Source: Eledone cirrhosa (taxonomy: Eukaryota). From it: 64,000 nucleotides of DNA. The stretch spans positions 94,736,001 through 94,800,000 of the forward strand of contig OZ024744.1 in assembly GCA_964016885.1 (NCBI GenBank), given 5' to 3'. Both the position numbers and the translations under genes were made by a program. Of the stretch, positions 1-15,000 are shown in pieces. Numbering within the stretch: position 1 is the stretch's first letter; each line of letters opens with the position of its first letter. Under the pieces are notes generated by a model. The model ran no database searches. It saw only the letters and a program-made list of their open reading frames with translations, and was not told the origin of the DNA.

Positions 1-3000
1 CACATTTTGAGACACTTGAGGCAGCCAAAGTGTTCCAATGACCACCACAGTCAGTTACATCTATCAATACATCCCACATTTTGAGACACTTGAGGCAGCC
101 AAAGTGTTCCAATGACCACAGTCAGTTACATCTATCAATACACACCACACCTTGAGACACATGAGGCAGCCAAAGTGTTCCAATGACCACAGTCAGTTAC
201 ATCTATCACAACATCCCACATATTGAGAGACATGAGGCAGCCAAAGTGTTCCAATGACCACAGTCAGTTACATCTATCAATACACAACACACCTTGAGAC
301 ACATGAGGCAGCCAAAGTGTTCCAATGACCACAGTCAGTTACATCTATCACAACATCCCACATCTTGAGAGACATGAGGCAGCCACAGTTTTCCAATGAC
401 CACCACAGTCAGTTACATCTATCAATACATCCCACATCTGGAGACACACGAGGCAGCCAAAGTGTTCCAATGACCACAGTTAGTTACATCTATTAATACA
501 TCCCACATCTTGAGACACATGAGGCAGCCAAAGTGTTCCAATGACCACCACAGTCAGTTACATCTATCACAACATCCCACATCTTGAGACACACGAGGCA
601 GCCAAAGTGTTCCAATGACCACCACAGTCAGTTACATCTATCAATACATCCCACATCTTGAGACACCTGAGGCAGCCAAAGTGTTCCAATGACCACCACA
701 GTCAGTTACATCTATCACAACATCCCACATCTTGAGATACATGAGGCAGCCAAAGTGTTCCAATGACCACCACAGTCAGTTACATCTATCAATACATCCC
801 ACATCTTGAGACACATGAGGCAGCCAAAGTGTTCCAATGACCACCACAGTCAGTTACGTCTATCAATACATCCCATGTCTTGAGACACATGAGGCAGCCA
901 ACGTGTTCCCATGACAACAGTCAATTACATCTATTAATACATCCCATGTCTTGAGACACTTGAGGCAGCCAAAGTGTTCCAATGACCACCACAGTCAGTT
1001 ACATCTATCAATACATCCCACATCTTGAGAGCAATGAGGCAGCCAAAGTGTTCCCATGACCACAGTCAGGTACATCTATCAATACATCCCACATCTGGAG
1101 ACACATGAGGCAGCAGAGCGTTCCAATGACCACAGTGGGTTGCATCTATCAATACATCCCACATCTTGGGACACATGAGGCAGCCAAAGTGTTCCAATGA
1201 CCACAGTCAGTTACATCTATCAATACACCACATGTCTTGAGACACATGAGGCATCCAAAGTGTTCCAATGACCACCAGAGTCAGTTACATCTATCAATAT
1301 ATCCCACACCTTGAGACACATGAGGCAGCCAAAGTGTTCCAATGACCACCAGAGTCAGTTACATCTATCAATACATCACATGTCTTGAGACAAATGAGGC
1401 AGCCAAAGTGTTCCAATGACCACCATGGTCAGCTACATCAATAAATACATCCCACATCTTCAGACACATGAGGCAGCCAAAGTGTTCCCATGACCACAGC
1501 TAGGTACATCTATCAATACATACCACATCGTGAGACACATGAAGTAGCCAAAGTGTTCCAATGACCACAGTCAATTACATCTATCAATACATCCCACATC
1601 TTGAGACACATGATGTAGCCAAAGTGTTCCAATGACCACCACAGTCAGTTACATCTATCAATACATCCCACATCTTGAGACACATGAGACAGCCAAAGTG
1701 TTCCAATGACCACCACAGTCGGTTTCATCTATCACTACATCCCACATCTTGAGACATATGAGGCAGCCAAAGTGTTCCAATGAACACAGTCAGTTACATC
1801 TATCAATACATCCAACATCATGAGACACATGAGGCAGCCAAATTGTTCCCATGACCACAGTCAGTTATATCTATCAATACATCACATGTCTTGAGACACA
1901 TGAGGCAGCCAAAGTGTTCCAATGACCACCATGGTCAGTGACATCTATCAATACATCCCACATCTTGAGACACATGAGGCAGCCAAAGTGTTCAAATGAC
2001 CACCACAGTCAGTTACATCTATCAATACATCCCATATCTTGAGACATATGAGGCAGCCAAAGTGTTCCAATGACTACAGTCAGTCACATCTATCAATACA
2101 TCCCATATCTTGAGACATATGAGGCACACAAAGTGTTCCAATGACCACAGTCAGTTACATCTATCAATACATCCCACATCTTCAGACATATGAGGCAACC
2201 AAAGTGTTCCAATGACCACCACAGTCAGTTACATCTATCACAACATCCCACATCTTGAGACACTTGAGGCAGTGAAAGTGTTCCAATGACCACAGTCAGT
2301 TACATCTATCAATACATCCCACATCTTGAGACACATGAGGCAACCAAAGTGTTCTAATGACCACCACAGTCAGTTACATCTATCAATACATCCCACATCT
2401 TGAGACATATGAGGCAGCCAAAGTGTTCCAATGACCACAGTCAGTCACATCTATCAATACATCCCACATCTTGAGACATATGAGGCAGACAAAGTGTTCC
2501 AATGACCACAGTCAGTTACATCTATCAATACATCCCACATCTTGAGACACATGAGGCAAACCAAGTGTTGCAATGACCACCACAGTCAGTTACATCTATC
2601 AATGCATCCCACATCTTGAGACACATGAGGCAGCCAAAGTGTTCCAATGACCACCACAGTTAGTTACATCTATCAATACATCCCACATCTTGAGACACAT
2701 GAGGCAGCCAAAGTGTTCCAATGACCACCATGGTCAGTGACATCTATCAATACATCCCACATCTTGAGACACATGAGGCAGCCAAAGTGTTCAAATGACC
2801 ACCACAGTCAGTTACATCTATCAATACATACCACATCTTGAGATACATGAGACAGCCAAAGTGTTCCAATGACCACCACAGTCAGTTACATCTATCAATA
2901 CATACCACATTTTGAGGCACATGAGGCAGGCAAAGTGCTCCAATGACCACCACAGTCAGTTAAATCTATCACAACATCCCACATCTTGAGACACTTGAGG

Positions 3001-6000
3001 CAGCCAAAGTGTTCCAGTGACCACAGTCAGTTACATCTATCAATACATCCCACATCTTGAGACACATGAGGCAACCAAGGTGTTCCAATGACCACCACAG
3101 TCAGTTACATCAATCAATACTTCCCACATCTTGAGACACATGAGGCAGCCAAAGTGTTCCAATGACCACCACAGTTAGTTACATCTATCAATACATCCCA
3201 CATCTTGAGACACATGAGGCAGCCAATGTGTTCCAGTGACTACAGTCAGTTACATCTATCAATTCATCCCACATCTTGAGACACATGAGGCAGCCAATGT
3301 GTTCCAGTGACCACAGTCAGTTACATCTGTCAACACATCCCACATCTTGAGAGACATGAGGCAGCCACAGTTTTCCAATGACCACCACAGTCAGTTACAT
3401 CTATCAATACATCCCACATCTTGAGACAAATGAGGCAGCCAAAGTGTTCCAATGACCACCACAGTCAGTTACATCTATCAATACATCTCAAATCTTTACA
3501 CACATGAGGCAGCCAAAGTGTTCCAATGACCACAGTCAGTTACATCTATTAATATATCCCACATCTTGAGACACATGAGGCAGCCAAAGTGTTCCAATGA
3601 CCACAGTCAGTTACATCTATCACAACATCCCACATCTTTAGACACATGAGGTAGCCAAGGTGTTCCAATGACCACCACAGTCAGTTACATCTATTAATAC
3701 ATCCCACATCTTGAGACACATGAGGCAGCCAAAGTGTTCCAATGACCACCACAGTCAGTTACATCTATCAATACATCCCACATCTTGAGACACATGTAGC
3801 AGCCAAAGTGTTCCAATGACCACAGTAAGTTTCATCTATCACAACATCCCATGTCTTCAGACACATGAGGCTGCCAAAGTGTTCCAATGACCACCATGGT
3901 CAGTGACATCTATCAATACATCCCACATCTTGAGACACATGAGGCAGCCAAAGTGTTCAAATGAGCACCACAGTCAGTTACATCTATCAATACATACCAC
4001 ATCTTGAGATACATGAGACAGCCAAAGTGTTCCAATGACCACCACAGTCAGTTACGTCTATCAATACATACCACGTTTTGAGGCACATGAGGCAGGCAAA
4101 GTGCTCCAATGACCACCACAGTCAGTTAAATCTATCACAACATCCCACATCTTGAGACACTTGAGGCAGCCAAAGTGTTCCAGTGACCACAGTCAGTTAC
4201 ATCTATCAATACATCCCACATCTTGAGACACATGAGGCAACCAAAGTGTTCCAATGACCACCACAGTCAGTTACATCAATCAATACATCCCACATCTTGA
4301 GACACATGAGGCAGCCAAAGTGTTCCAATGACCACCACAGTTAGTTACATCTATCAATACATCCCACATCTTGAGACACATGAGGCAGCCAATGTGTTCC
4401 AGTGACTACAGTCAGTTACATCTATCAATTCATCCCACATCTTGAGACACATGAGGCAGCCAATGTGTTCCAGTGACCACAGTCAGTTACATCTGTCAAC
4501 ACATCCCACATCTTGAGAGACATGAGGCAGCCACAGTTTTCCAATGACCACCACAGTCAGTTACATCTATCAATACATCCCACATCTTGAGACAAATGAG
4601 GCAGCCAAAGTGTTCCAATGACCACCACAGTCAGTTACATCTATCAATACATCTCAAATCTTTACACACATGAGGCAGCCAAAGTGTTCCAATGACCACA
4701 GTCAGTTACATCTATTAATATATCCCACATCTTGAGACACATGAGGCAGCCAAAGTGTTCCAATGACCACAGTCAGTTACATCTATCACAACATCCCACA
4801 TCTTTAGACACATGAGGTAGCCAAGGTGTTCCAATGACCACCACAGTCAGTTACATCTATTAATACATCCCACATCTTGAGACACATGAGGCAGCCAAAG
4901 TGTTCCAATGACCACCACAGTCAGTTACATCTATCAATACATACCACATCTTGAGACACATGAGGCAGCCAAAGTGTTCCAATGACCGCCACAGTCAGTT
5001 ACATCTATCAATACATCCCACATCTTGAGACACATGTAGCAGCCAAAGTGTTCCAATGACCACAGTAAGTTTCATCTATCACAACATCCCATGTCTTCAG
5101 ACACATGAGGCTGCCAAAGTGTTCCAAAGACCACCACAGTCAGTTACATCTATCACAACATCCCATGTCTTGAGATACTTGAGGCAGCCAAAGTGTTCCA
5201 ATGACCACCACAGTCAGTTACATCTATCAATACATCCCACATCTTGAGACACATGAGGCAAACCAAGTGTTGCAATGACCACCACAGTCAGTTACATCTA
5301 TCAATGCATCCCACATCTTGAGACACATGAGGCAGCCAAAGTGTTCCAATGACCACCACAGTTAGTTACATCTATCAATACATCCCACATCTTGAGACAC
5401 ATGAGGCAGCCAAAGTGTTCCAATGACCACCATGGTCAGTGACATCTATCAATACATCCCACATCTTGAGACACATGAGGCAGCCAAAGTGTTCAAATGA
5501 CCACCACAGTCAGTTACATCTATCAATACATACCACATCTTGAGATACATCAGACAGCCAAAGTGTTCCAATGACCACCACAGTCAGTTACATCTATCAA
5601 TACATACCACATTTTGAGGCACACGAGGCAGGCAAAGTGCTCCAATGACCACCACAGTCAGTTACATCTATCACAACATCCCACATCTTGAGACACTTGA
5701 GGCAGCCAAAGTGTTCCAGTGACCACAGTCAGTTACATCTATCAATACATCCCACATCTTGAGACACATGAGGCAACCAAAGTGTTCCAATGACCACCAC
5801 AGTCAGTTACATCTATCAATACATCCCACATTTTGAGACACTTGAGGCAGCCAATGTGTTCCAGTGACTACAGTCAGTTACATCTATCAATTCATGCCAC
5901 ATCTTGAGACACATGAGGCAGCCAATGTGTTCCAGTGACCACAGTCAGTTACATCTATCAATACATCCCACATCTTGAGAGACATGAGGCAGCCACAGTT

Positions 6001-9000
6001 TTCCAATGACCACCACAGTCAGTTACATCTATCAATACATCCCACATCTTGAGACAAATGAGGCAGCCAAAGTGTTCCAATGACCACAGTCAGTTACATC
6101 TATCAATACATCCCACATCTTGAGAGACATGAGGCAGCCACAGTTTTCCAATGACCACTACAGTCAGTTACATCTATTAATACATCCCACATCTTGAGAC
6201 ACATGAGGCAGCCAAAGTGTTCCAATGACCACAGTCAGTTACATCTATCACAACATCCCACATCTTGAGACACACGAGGCAGCCAAAGTGTTCCAATGAC
6301 CACAGTCAGTTACATCTATCAATACATCCCACATTTTGAGACACTTGAGGCAGCCAAAGTGTTCCAATGACCACCACAGTCAGTTACATCTATCAATACA
6401 TCCCACATTTTGAGACACTTGAGGCAGCCAAAGTGTTCCAATAACCACAGTCAGTTACATCTATCAATACACACCACACCTTGAGACACATGAGGCAGCC
6501 AAAGTGTTCCAATGACCACAGTCAGTTACATCTATCACAACATCCCACATCTTGAGACACACGAGGCAGCCAAAGTGTTCCAATGACCACCACAGTCAGT
6601 TACATCCATCAATACATCCCACATTTTGAGACACTTGAGGCAGCCAAAGTGTTCCAATGACCACCACAGTCAGTTACATCTATCAATACATCTCACATTT
6701 TGAGACACTTGAGGCAGCCAAAGTGTTCCAATGACCACAGTCAGTTACATCTATCAATACACACCACACCTTGAGACACATGAGGCAGCCAAAGTGTTCC
6801 AATGACCACAGTCAGTTACATCTATCACAACATCCCACATCTTGAGAGACATGAGGCAGCCACAGTTTTCCAATGACCACCACAGTCAGTTACATCTATC
6901 AATACATCCCACATCTGGAGACACACGAGGCAGCCAAAGTGTTCCAATGACCACAGTTAGTTACATCTATTAATACATCCCACATCTTGAGACACATGAG
7001 GGAGCCAAAGTGTTCCAATGACCACCACAGTCAGTTACATCTATCACAACATCCCACATCTTGAGACACACGAGGCAGCCAAAGTGTTCCAATGACCACC
7101 ACAGTCAGTTACATCTATCAATACATCCCACATCTTGAGACACTTGAGGCAGCCAAAGTGTTCCAATGACCACCACAGTCAGTTACATCTATCACAACAT
7201 CCCACATCTTGAGATACATGAGGCAGCCAAAGTGTTCCAATGACCACCACAGTCAGTTACATCTATCAATACATCCCACATCTTGAGACACATAAGGCAG
7301 CCAAAGTGTTCCAATGACCACCACAGTCAGTTACGTCTATCAATACATCCCATGTCTTGAGACACATGAGGCAGCCAACGTGTTCCCATGACAACAGTCA
7401 ATTACATCTATTAATACATCCCATGTCTTGAGACACTTGAGGTAGCCAAAGTGTTCCAATGACCACCACAGTCAGTTACATCTATCAATACATCCCACAT
7501 CTTGAGAGCAATGAGGCAGCCAAAGTGTTCCCATGACCACAGTCAGGTACATCTATCAATACATCCCATATCTGGAGACACATGAGGCAGCAGAGCGTTC
7601 CAATGACCACAGTGGTTTGCATCTATCAATACATCCCACATCTTGGGACACATGAGGCAGCCAAAGTGTTCCAATGACCACAGTCAGTTACATCTATCAA
7701 TACACCACATGTCTTGAGACACATGAGGCATCCAAAGTGTTCCAATGACCACCACAGTCAGTTACATCTATCAATATATCCCACACCTTGAGACACATGA
7801 GGCAGCCAAAGTGCTCCAATGACCACCAGAGTCAGTTACATCTATCAATACATCGCATGTCTTGAGACAAATGAGGCAGCCAAAGTGTTCCAATGACCAC
7901 CATGGTCAGCTACATCAATAAATACATCCCACATCTTCAGACACATGAGGCAGCCAAAGTGTTCCCATGACCACAGCTAGGTACATCTATCAATACATAC
8001 CACATCGTGAGACACATGAAGTAGCCAAAGTGTTCCAATGACCACAGTCAATTACATCTATCAATACATCCCACATCTTGAGACACATGATGTAGCCAAA
8101 GTGTTCCAATGACCACCACAGTCAGTTACATCTATCAATACATCCCACATCTTGAGACACATGAGACAGCCAAAGTGTTCCAATGACCACCACAGTCGGT
8201 TTCATCTATCACTACATCCCACATCTTGAGACATATGAGGCAGCCAAAGTGTTCCAATGAACACAGTCAGTTACATCTATCAATACATCCAACATCATGA
8301 GACACATGAGGCAGCCAAATTGTTCCCATGACCACAGTCAGTTATATCTATCAATACATCACATGTCTTGAGACACATGAGGCAGCCAAAGTGTTCCAAT
8401 GACCACCATGGTCAGTGACATCTATCAATACATCCCACATCTTGAGACACATGAGGAAGCCAAAGTGTTCAAATGACCACCACAGTCAGTTACATCTATC
8501 AATACATCCCATATCTTGAGACATATGAGGCAGCCAAAGTGTTCCAATGACTACAGTCAGTTACATCTATCAATACATCCCATATCTTGAGACATATGAG
8601 GCAGCCAAAGTGTTCCAATGACCACAGTCAGTCACATCTATCAATACCTCCCATATCCTGAGACATATGAGGCACACAAAGTGTTCCAATGACCACAGTC
8701 AGTTACATCTATCAATACATCCCACATCTTCAGACATATGAGGCAACCAAAGTGTTCCAATGACCACCACAGTCAGTTACATCTATCACAACATCCCACA
8801 TCTTGAGACACTTGAGGCAGTGAAAGTGTTCCAATGACCACAGTCAGTTACATCTATCAATACATCCCACATCTTGAGACACATGAGGCAACCAAAGTGT
8901 TCTAATGACCACCACAGTCAGTTACATCTATCAATACATCCCATATCTTGAGACATATGAGGCAGCCAAAGTGTTCCAATGACCACAGTCAGTCACATCT

Positions 9001-12000
9001 ATCAATACATCCCACATCTTGAGACATATGAGGCAGACAAAGTGTTCCAATGACCACAGTCAGTTACATCTATCAATACATCCCACATCTTGAGACACAT
9101 GAGGCAAACCAAGTGTTGCAATGACCACCACAGTCAGTTACATCTATCAATGCATCCCACATCTTGAGACACATGAGGCAGCCAAAGTGTTCCAATGACC
9201 ACCACAGTTAGTTACATCTATCAATACATCCCACATCTTGAGACACATGAGGCAGCCAAAGTGTTCCAATGACCACCATGGTCAGTGACATCTATCAATA
9301 CATCCCACATCTTGAGACACATGAGGCAGCCAAAGTGTTCAAATGACCACCACAGTCAGTTACATCTATCAATACATACCACATCTTGAGATACATGAGA
9401 CAGCCAAAGTGTTCCAATGACCAACACAGTCAGTTACATCTATCAATACATACCACATTTTGAGGCACATGAGGCAGGCAAAGTGCTCCAATGACCACCA
9501 CAGTCAGTTAAATCTATCACAACATCCCACATCTTGAGACACTTGAGGCAGCCAAAGTGTTCCAGTGACCACAGTCAGTTACATCTATCAATACATCCCA
9601 CATCTTGAGACACATGAGGCAACCAAAGTGTTCCAATGACAACCACAGTCAGTTACATCAATCAATACATCCCACATCTTGAGACACATGAGGCAGCCAA
9701 AGTGTTCCAATGACCACCACAGTTAGTTACATCTATCAATACATCCCACATCTTGAGACACATGAGGCAGCCAATGTGTTCCAGTGACTACAGTCAGTTA
9801 CATCTATCAATTCATCCCACATCTTGAGACACATGAGGCAGCCAATGTGTTCCAGTGACCACAGTCAGTTACATCTATCAATACATCCCACATCTTGAGA
9901 GACATGAGGCAGCCACAGTTTTCCAATGACCACCACAGTCAGTTACATCTATCAATACATCCCACATCTTGAGACACATGAGGCAGCCAAAGTGTTCCAA
10001 TGACCACCACAGTCAGTTACATCTATCAATACATCTCAAATCTTTAGACACATGAGGCAGCCAAAGTGTTCCAATGACCACAGTCAGTTACATCCATTAA
10101 TATATCCCACATCTTGAGACACATGAGGCAGCCAAAGTGTTCCAATGACCACAGTCAGTTACATCTATCACAACATCCCACATCTTGAGACACATGAGGT
10201 AGCCAAGGTGTTCCAATGACCACCACAGTCAGTTACATCTATTAATACATCCCACATCTTGAGACACATGAGGCAGCCAAAGTGTTCCAATGACCACCAC
10301 AGTCAGTTACATCTATCAATACATACCACATCTTGAGACACATGAGGCAGCCAAAGTGTTCCAATGACCACCACAGTCAGTTACATCTATCAATACATCC
10401 CACATCTTGAGACACATGTAGCAGCCAAAGTGTTCCAATGACCACAGTAAGTTTCATCTATCACAACATCCCACATCTTGAGACACATGAGGCTGCCAAA
10501 GTGTTCCAAAGACCACCACAGTCAGTTACATCTATCACAACATCCCATGTCTTGAGATACTTGAGGCAGCCAAAGTGTTCCAATGACCACCACAGTCAGT
10601 TACATCTATCAATACATCCCACATCTTGAGACACTTGAGGCAGCCAAAGTGTTCCAATGACCACCATAGTCAGTTATATATATCATCTCACATCTTGAGA
10701 CACATGAGTCAGCCAAATGTTCCAATGACCACAGTCTGTTACATCTATCAATACACCCAACATCTTGAGACACTTGTAGCAGCCAAAGTGTTCCAATGAG
10801 CACCACAGTCAGTTACATCTATCAATACATTCCACATCTTGAGACACATGAGGCAGCCAAAGTGTTCCAATGACCACCATGGTCAGCTACATCTATCAAT
10901 ACATCCCACATCTTGAGACACATGAGGCAGCCAAAGTGTTCCAATGACCACCACAGTCAGTTACATCTATCAATACATCCCACATCTTTAGACACTTGAG
11001 GCATCCAAAGTGTTCCAATGACCACAGTCAGTTACATCTATTAATACATGCAACATCTTGAGACACATGAGGCAGCGAAAGTGTTCCAATGACCACAGTC
11101 AGTTACATCTATCACAACATCCCATGTCTTCAGACACATGAGGCTACCAAAGTGTTCCAAAGACCACCTCAGTCAGTTACATCTATCACGACATCCCATG
11201 TCTTGAAACACATGAGGTAGCCAAAGTGTTCCAATGACCACATTCAGTTACATCTATCACAACATCCCACATCTTGAGACACATGAGGTAGCCAAAGTGT
11301 TCCAATGACCAGAGTCAGTTACATCTATTAATACATCCCACATCTTGAGACACTTGAGGCATCCAAACTGTTCCAATGACCACAGTCAGTTACATCTATC
11401 AATACATCCCACATCTTGAGACACATGTAGCAGCCAATGTGTTCCAATGACCACAGTCAGTTAAATCTATTAATACATCCCACATCTTGAGACACATGAG
11501 GCAGCCAAAGTGTTCCAATGACCACAGTCAGTTACATCTATTAATACATCCCACATCTTGAGACACATGAGGCAGCCAACGTGTTCCAATGACCACCACA
11601 GTCAGTTACATCTATCAATACATCCCACATCTTGAGACACATGAGGTAGCCAAAGTGTTCCAATGACCACAGTCAGTTACATCTATCTATACATCCCACA
11701 TTTTGAGACACATGAGACAGCCAAATATTCCAATGACCACCACAGTCAGTTAGATCTATGAATATATCCCACATCTTGAGACACATGAGGCAGCCAATGT
11801 GTTCCAATGACCACAGTCAGGTACATCTATCAATACATCCCACATCTTGAGACACATGAGGCAACTAAAGTGTTCCAATGACCACAGTCAGTTACATCTA
11901 TCAATAAATCCCACATCTGGAGACACATGAGGCAGCCAAAGTGTTCTAATGACCACAGTCAGTTACATCTATCAATACATCCCACATCTTGAGACACATG

Positions 12001-15000
12001 TGGCAGCCAAAGTGTTCCAATGACTACAGTCAGTTACATCTATCAATACATCCCACATCTTGAGACACATGAGGCAGCCAAAGTATTCCAATGACCACCA
12101 CAGTCAGTTACATCTATCAATACATCCCACATCTTCAGACACATGAGGCAGCTAAAGTGTTCCAATGACCACACTCAGTTACATCTATCAATATATCCCA
12201 CATCTTGAGACACATGAGGCAGCTAAAGTGTTCCAATGACCACACTCAGTTACATCTATCAATACATCCCACATCTTGAGACACATGAGGCAGCCAAATT
12301 ACTCCCATGACCACAGTCAGTTACATCTATCAATACATTCCCACATCCTGAGACACGTGAGGCATCCAAAGTGTTCCAATGACCACATTCATTTACATCT
12401 ATCAATACATCCCACATCTTGAGACACATGAGGCAGCCAAAGTGTTCCAATGACCACCACAGTCAGTTACATCTATCAATACATCCCACATCTTTAGACA
12501 CTTGATGCATCCAAAGTGTGCCAATGACCACAGTCAGTTACATCTATTAATACATCCCACATCTTGAGACACATGAGGCAGCGAAAGTGTTCCAATGACC
12601 ACAGTCAGTTACATCTATCACAACATCCCATGTCTTCAGACACATGAGGCTGCCAAAGTGTTCCAAAGACCACCACAGTCAGCTACATCTATCAGGACAT
12701 CATATGTCTTGAGACACATGAGGTAGCCAAAGTGTTCCAATGACCACATTCAGTTACATCTATCACAACATCCCACATCTTGAGACACATGAGGTAGCCA
12801 AAGTGTTCCAATGACCACGGTCAGTTACATCTATTAATACATCCCAGATATTGAGACACTTGAGACAGCCAAATATTCCAATGACCACCACAGTCAGTTA
12901 CATCTATCAATACATCCCACATCTTGAGAAACATGAGGTAGCCAAAGTGTTCCAATGACCACAGTCAGTTACATCTATCAATACATCTCACATTTTGAGA
13001 CACATGAGACAGCCAAATATTCCAATGACCACCACAGTCAGTTAGATCTATGAATATATCCCACATCTTGAGACACATGAGGCAGCCAATGTGTTCCAAT
13101 GACCACAGTCAGGTACATCTATCAATACATCCCACATCTTGAGACACATGAGGCAACTAAAGTGTTCCAATGACCACAGTCAGTTACATCTATCAATACA
13201 TCCCACATCTGGAGACACATGAGGCAGCCAAAGTGTTCTAATGACTACAGTCAGTTACATGTATCAATACATCCCACATCTTGAGACACATGTGGCAGCC
13301 AACGTGTTCCAATGACCACCACAGTCAGTTACATCTATCAATACATCCCACATCTTGAGACACATGAGGTAGCCAAAGTGTTCCAATGACCACAGTCAGT
13401 TACATCTATCAATACATCCCACATCTGGAGACACATGAGGCAGCTAAAGTGTTCCAATGACCACACTCAGTTACATCTATCAATACACCCCACATCTTTA
13501 CACACATGTAGCAGCCAAATTGTTCCAATGACCACCACAGTCAGTTATATCTATCAATACATCCCACATCTTGAGACACATGTAGCAGCCAATGTGTTCC
13601 AGTGACCATAGTCAGTTATATCTATCACAACATCCCACATCTTGAGAGACTTCAGGCAGCCAAAGTGTTCCAATGACCACCACAGTCAGTTACTTCTATC
13701 AATACATCCCACATCTTGAGACACATGAGGCAGCCAAAGTGCTCCAATGACCACAGTCAGATACATCTATCAATACATCCCACATCTTGAGACACATGAG
13801 GTAGCCAAAGTGTTCCAATGACCACAGTCAGTTACATCTATTACAACATCCCACATCTTGAGACACATGAGGTAGCCAAAGTGTTCCAATGACCAGAGTC
13901 AGTTACATCTATTAATACATCCCACATCTTGAGACACATGAGGCAGCCAACGTGTTTCAATGACCACCACAGTCAGTTACATCTATCAATACATCCCACA
14001 TCTTGAGACACATGAGGTAGCCAAAGTGTTCCAATGACCACAGTCAGTTACATCTATCTATACATCCCACATTTTGAGACACATGAGACAGCCAAATATT
14101 CCAATGACCACCACAGTCAGTTAGATCTATGAATATATCCCTCATCTTGAGACACATGAGGCAGCCAATGTGTTCCAATGACCACAGTGAGGTACATCTA
14201 TCAATACATCCCACATCTTGAGACACATGAGGCAACTAAAGTGTTCCAATGACCACAGTCAGTTACATCTATCAATACATCCCACATCTGGAGACACATG
14301 AGGCAGCCAAAGTGTTCTAATGACCACAGTCAGTTACATCTATCAATACATCCCACATCTTGAGACACATGTGGCAGCCAAAGTGTTCCAATGACTACAG
14401 TCAGTTACATCTATCAATACATCCCACATCTTGAGACACATGAGGCAGCCAAAGTATTCCAATGACCACCACAGTCAGTTACATCTATCAATACATCCCA
14501 CATCTTCAGACACATGAGGCAGCTAAAGTGTTCCAATGACCACACTCAGTTACATCTATCAATATATCCCACATCTTGAGACACATGAGGCAGCTAAAGT
14601 GTTCCAATGACCAGACTCAGTTACATCTATCAATACATCCCACATCTTGAGACACATGAGGCAGCCAAAGTACTCCAATGACCACAGTCAGTTACATCTA
14701 TCAATACATTCCCACATCTTGAGACACGTGAGGCATCCAAAGTGTTCCAATGACCACATTCATTTACATCTATCAATACATCCCACATCTTGCGACACAT
14801 GAGGCAGCCAAAGTGTTCCAATGACCACCACAGTCAGTTACATCTATCAATACATCCCACATCTTTAGACACTTGATGCATCCAAAGTGTGCCAATGACC
14901 ACAGTCAGTTACATCTATTAATACATCCCACATCTTGAGACACATGAGGCAGCGAAAGTGTTCCAATGACCACAGTCAGTTACATCTATCACAACATCCC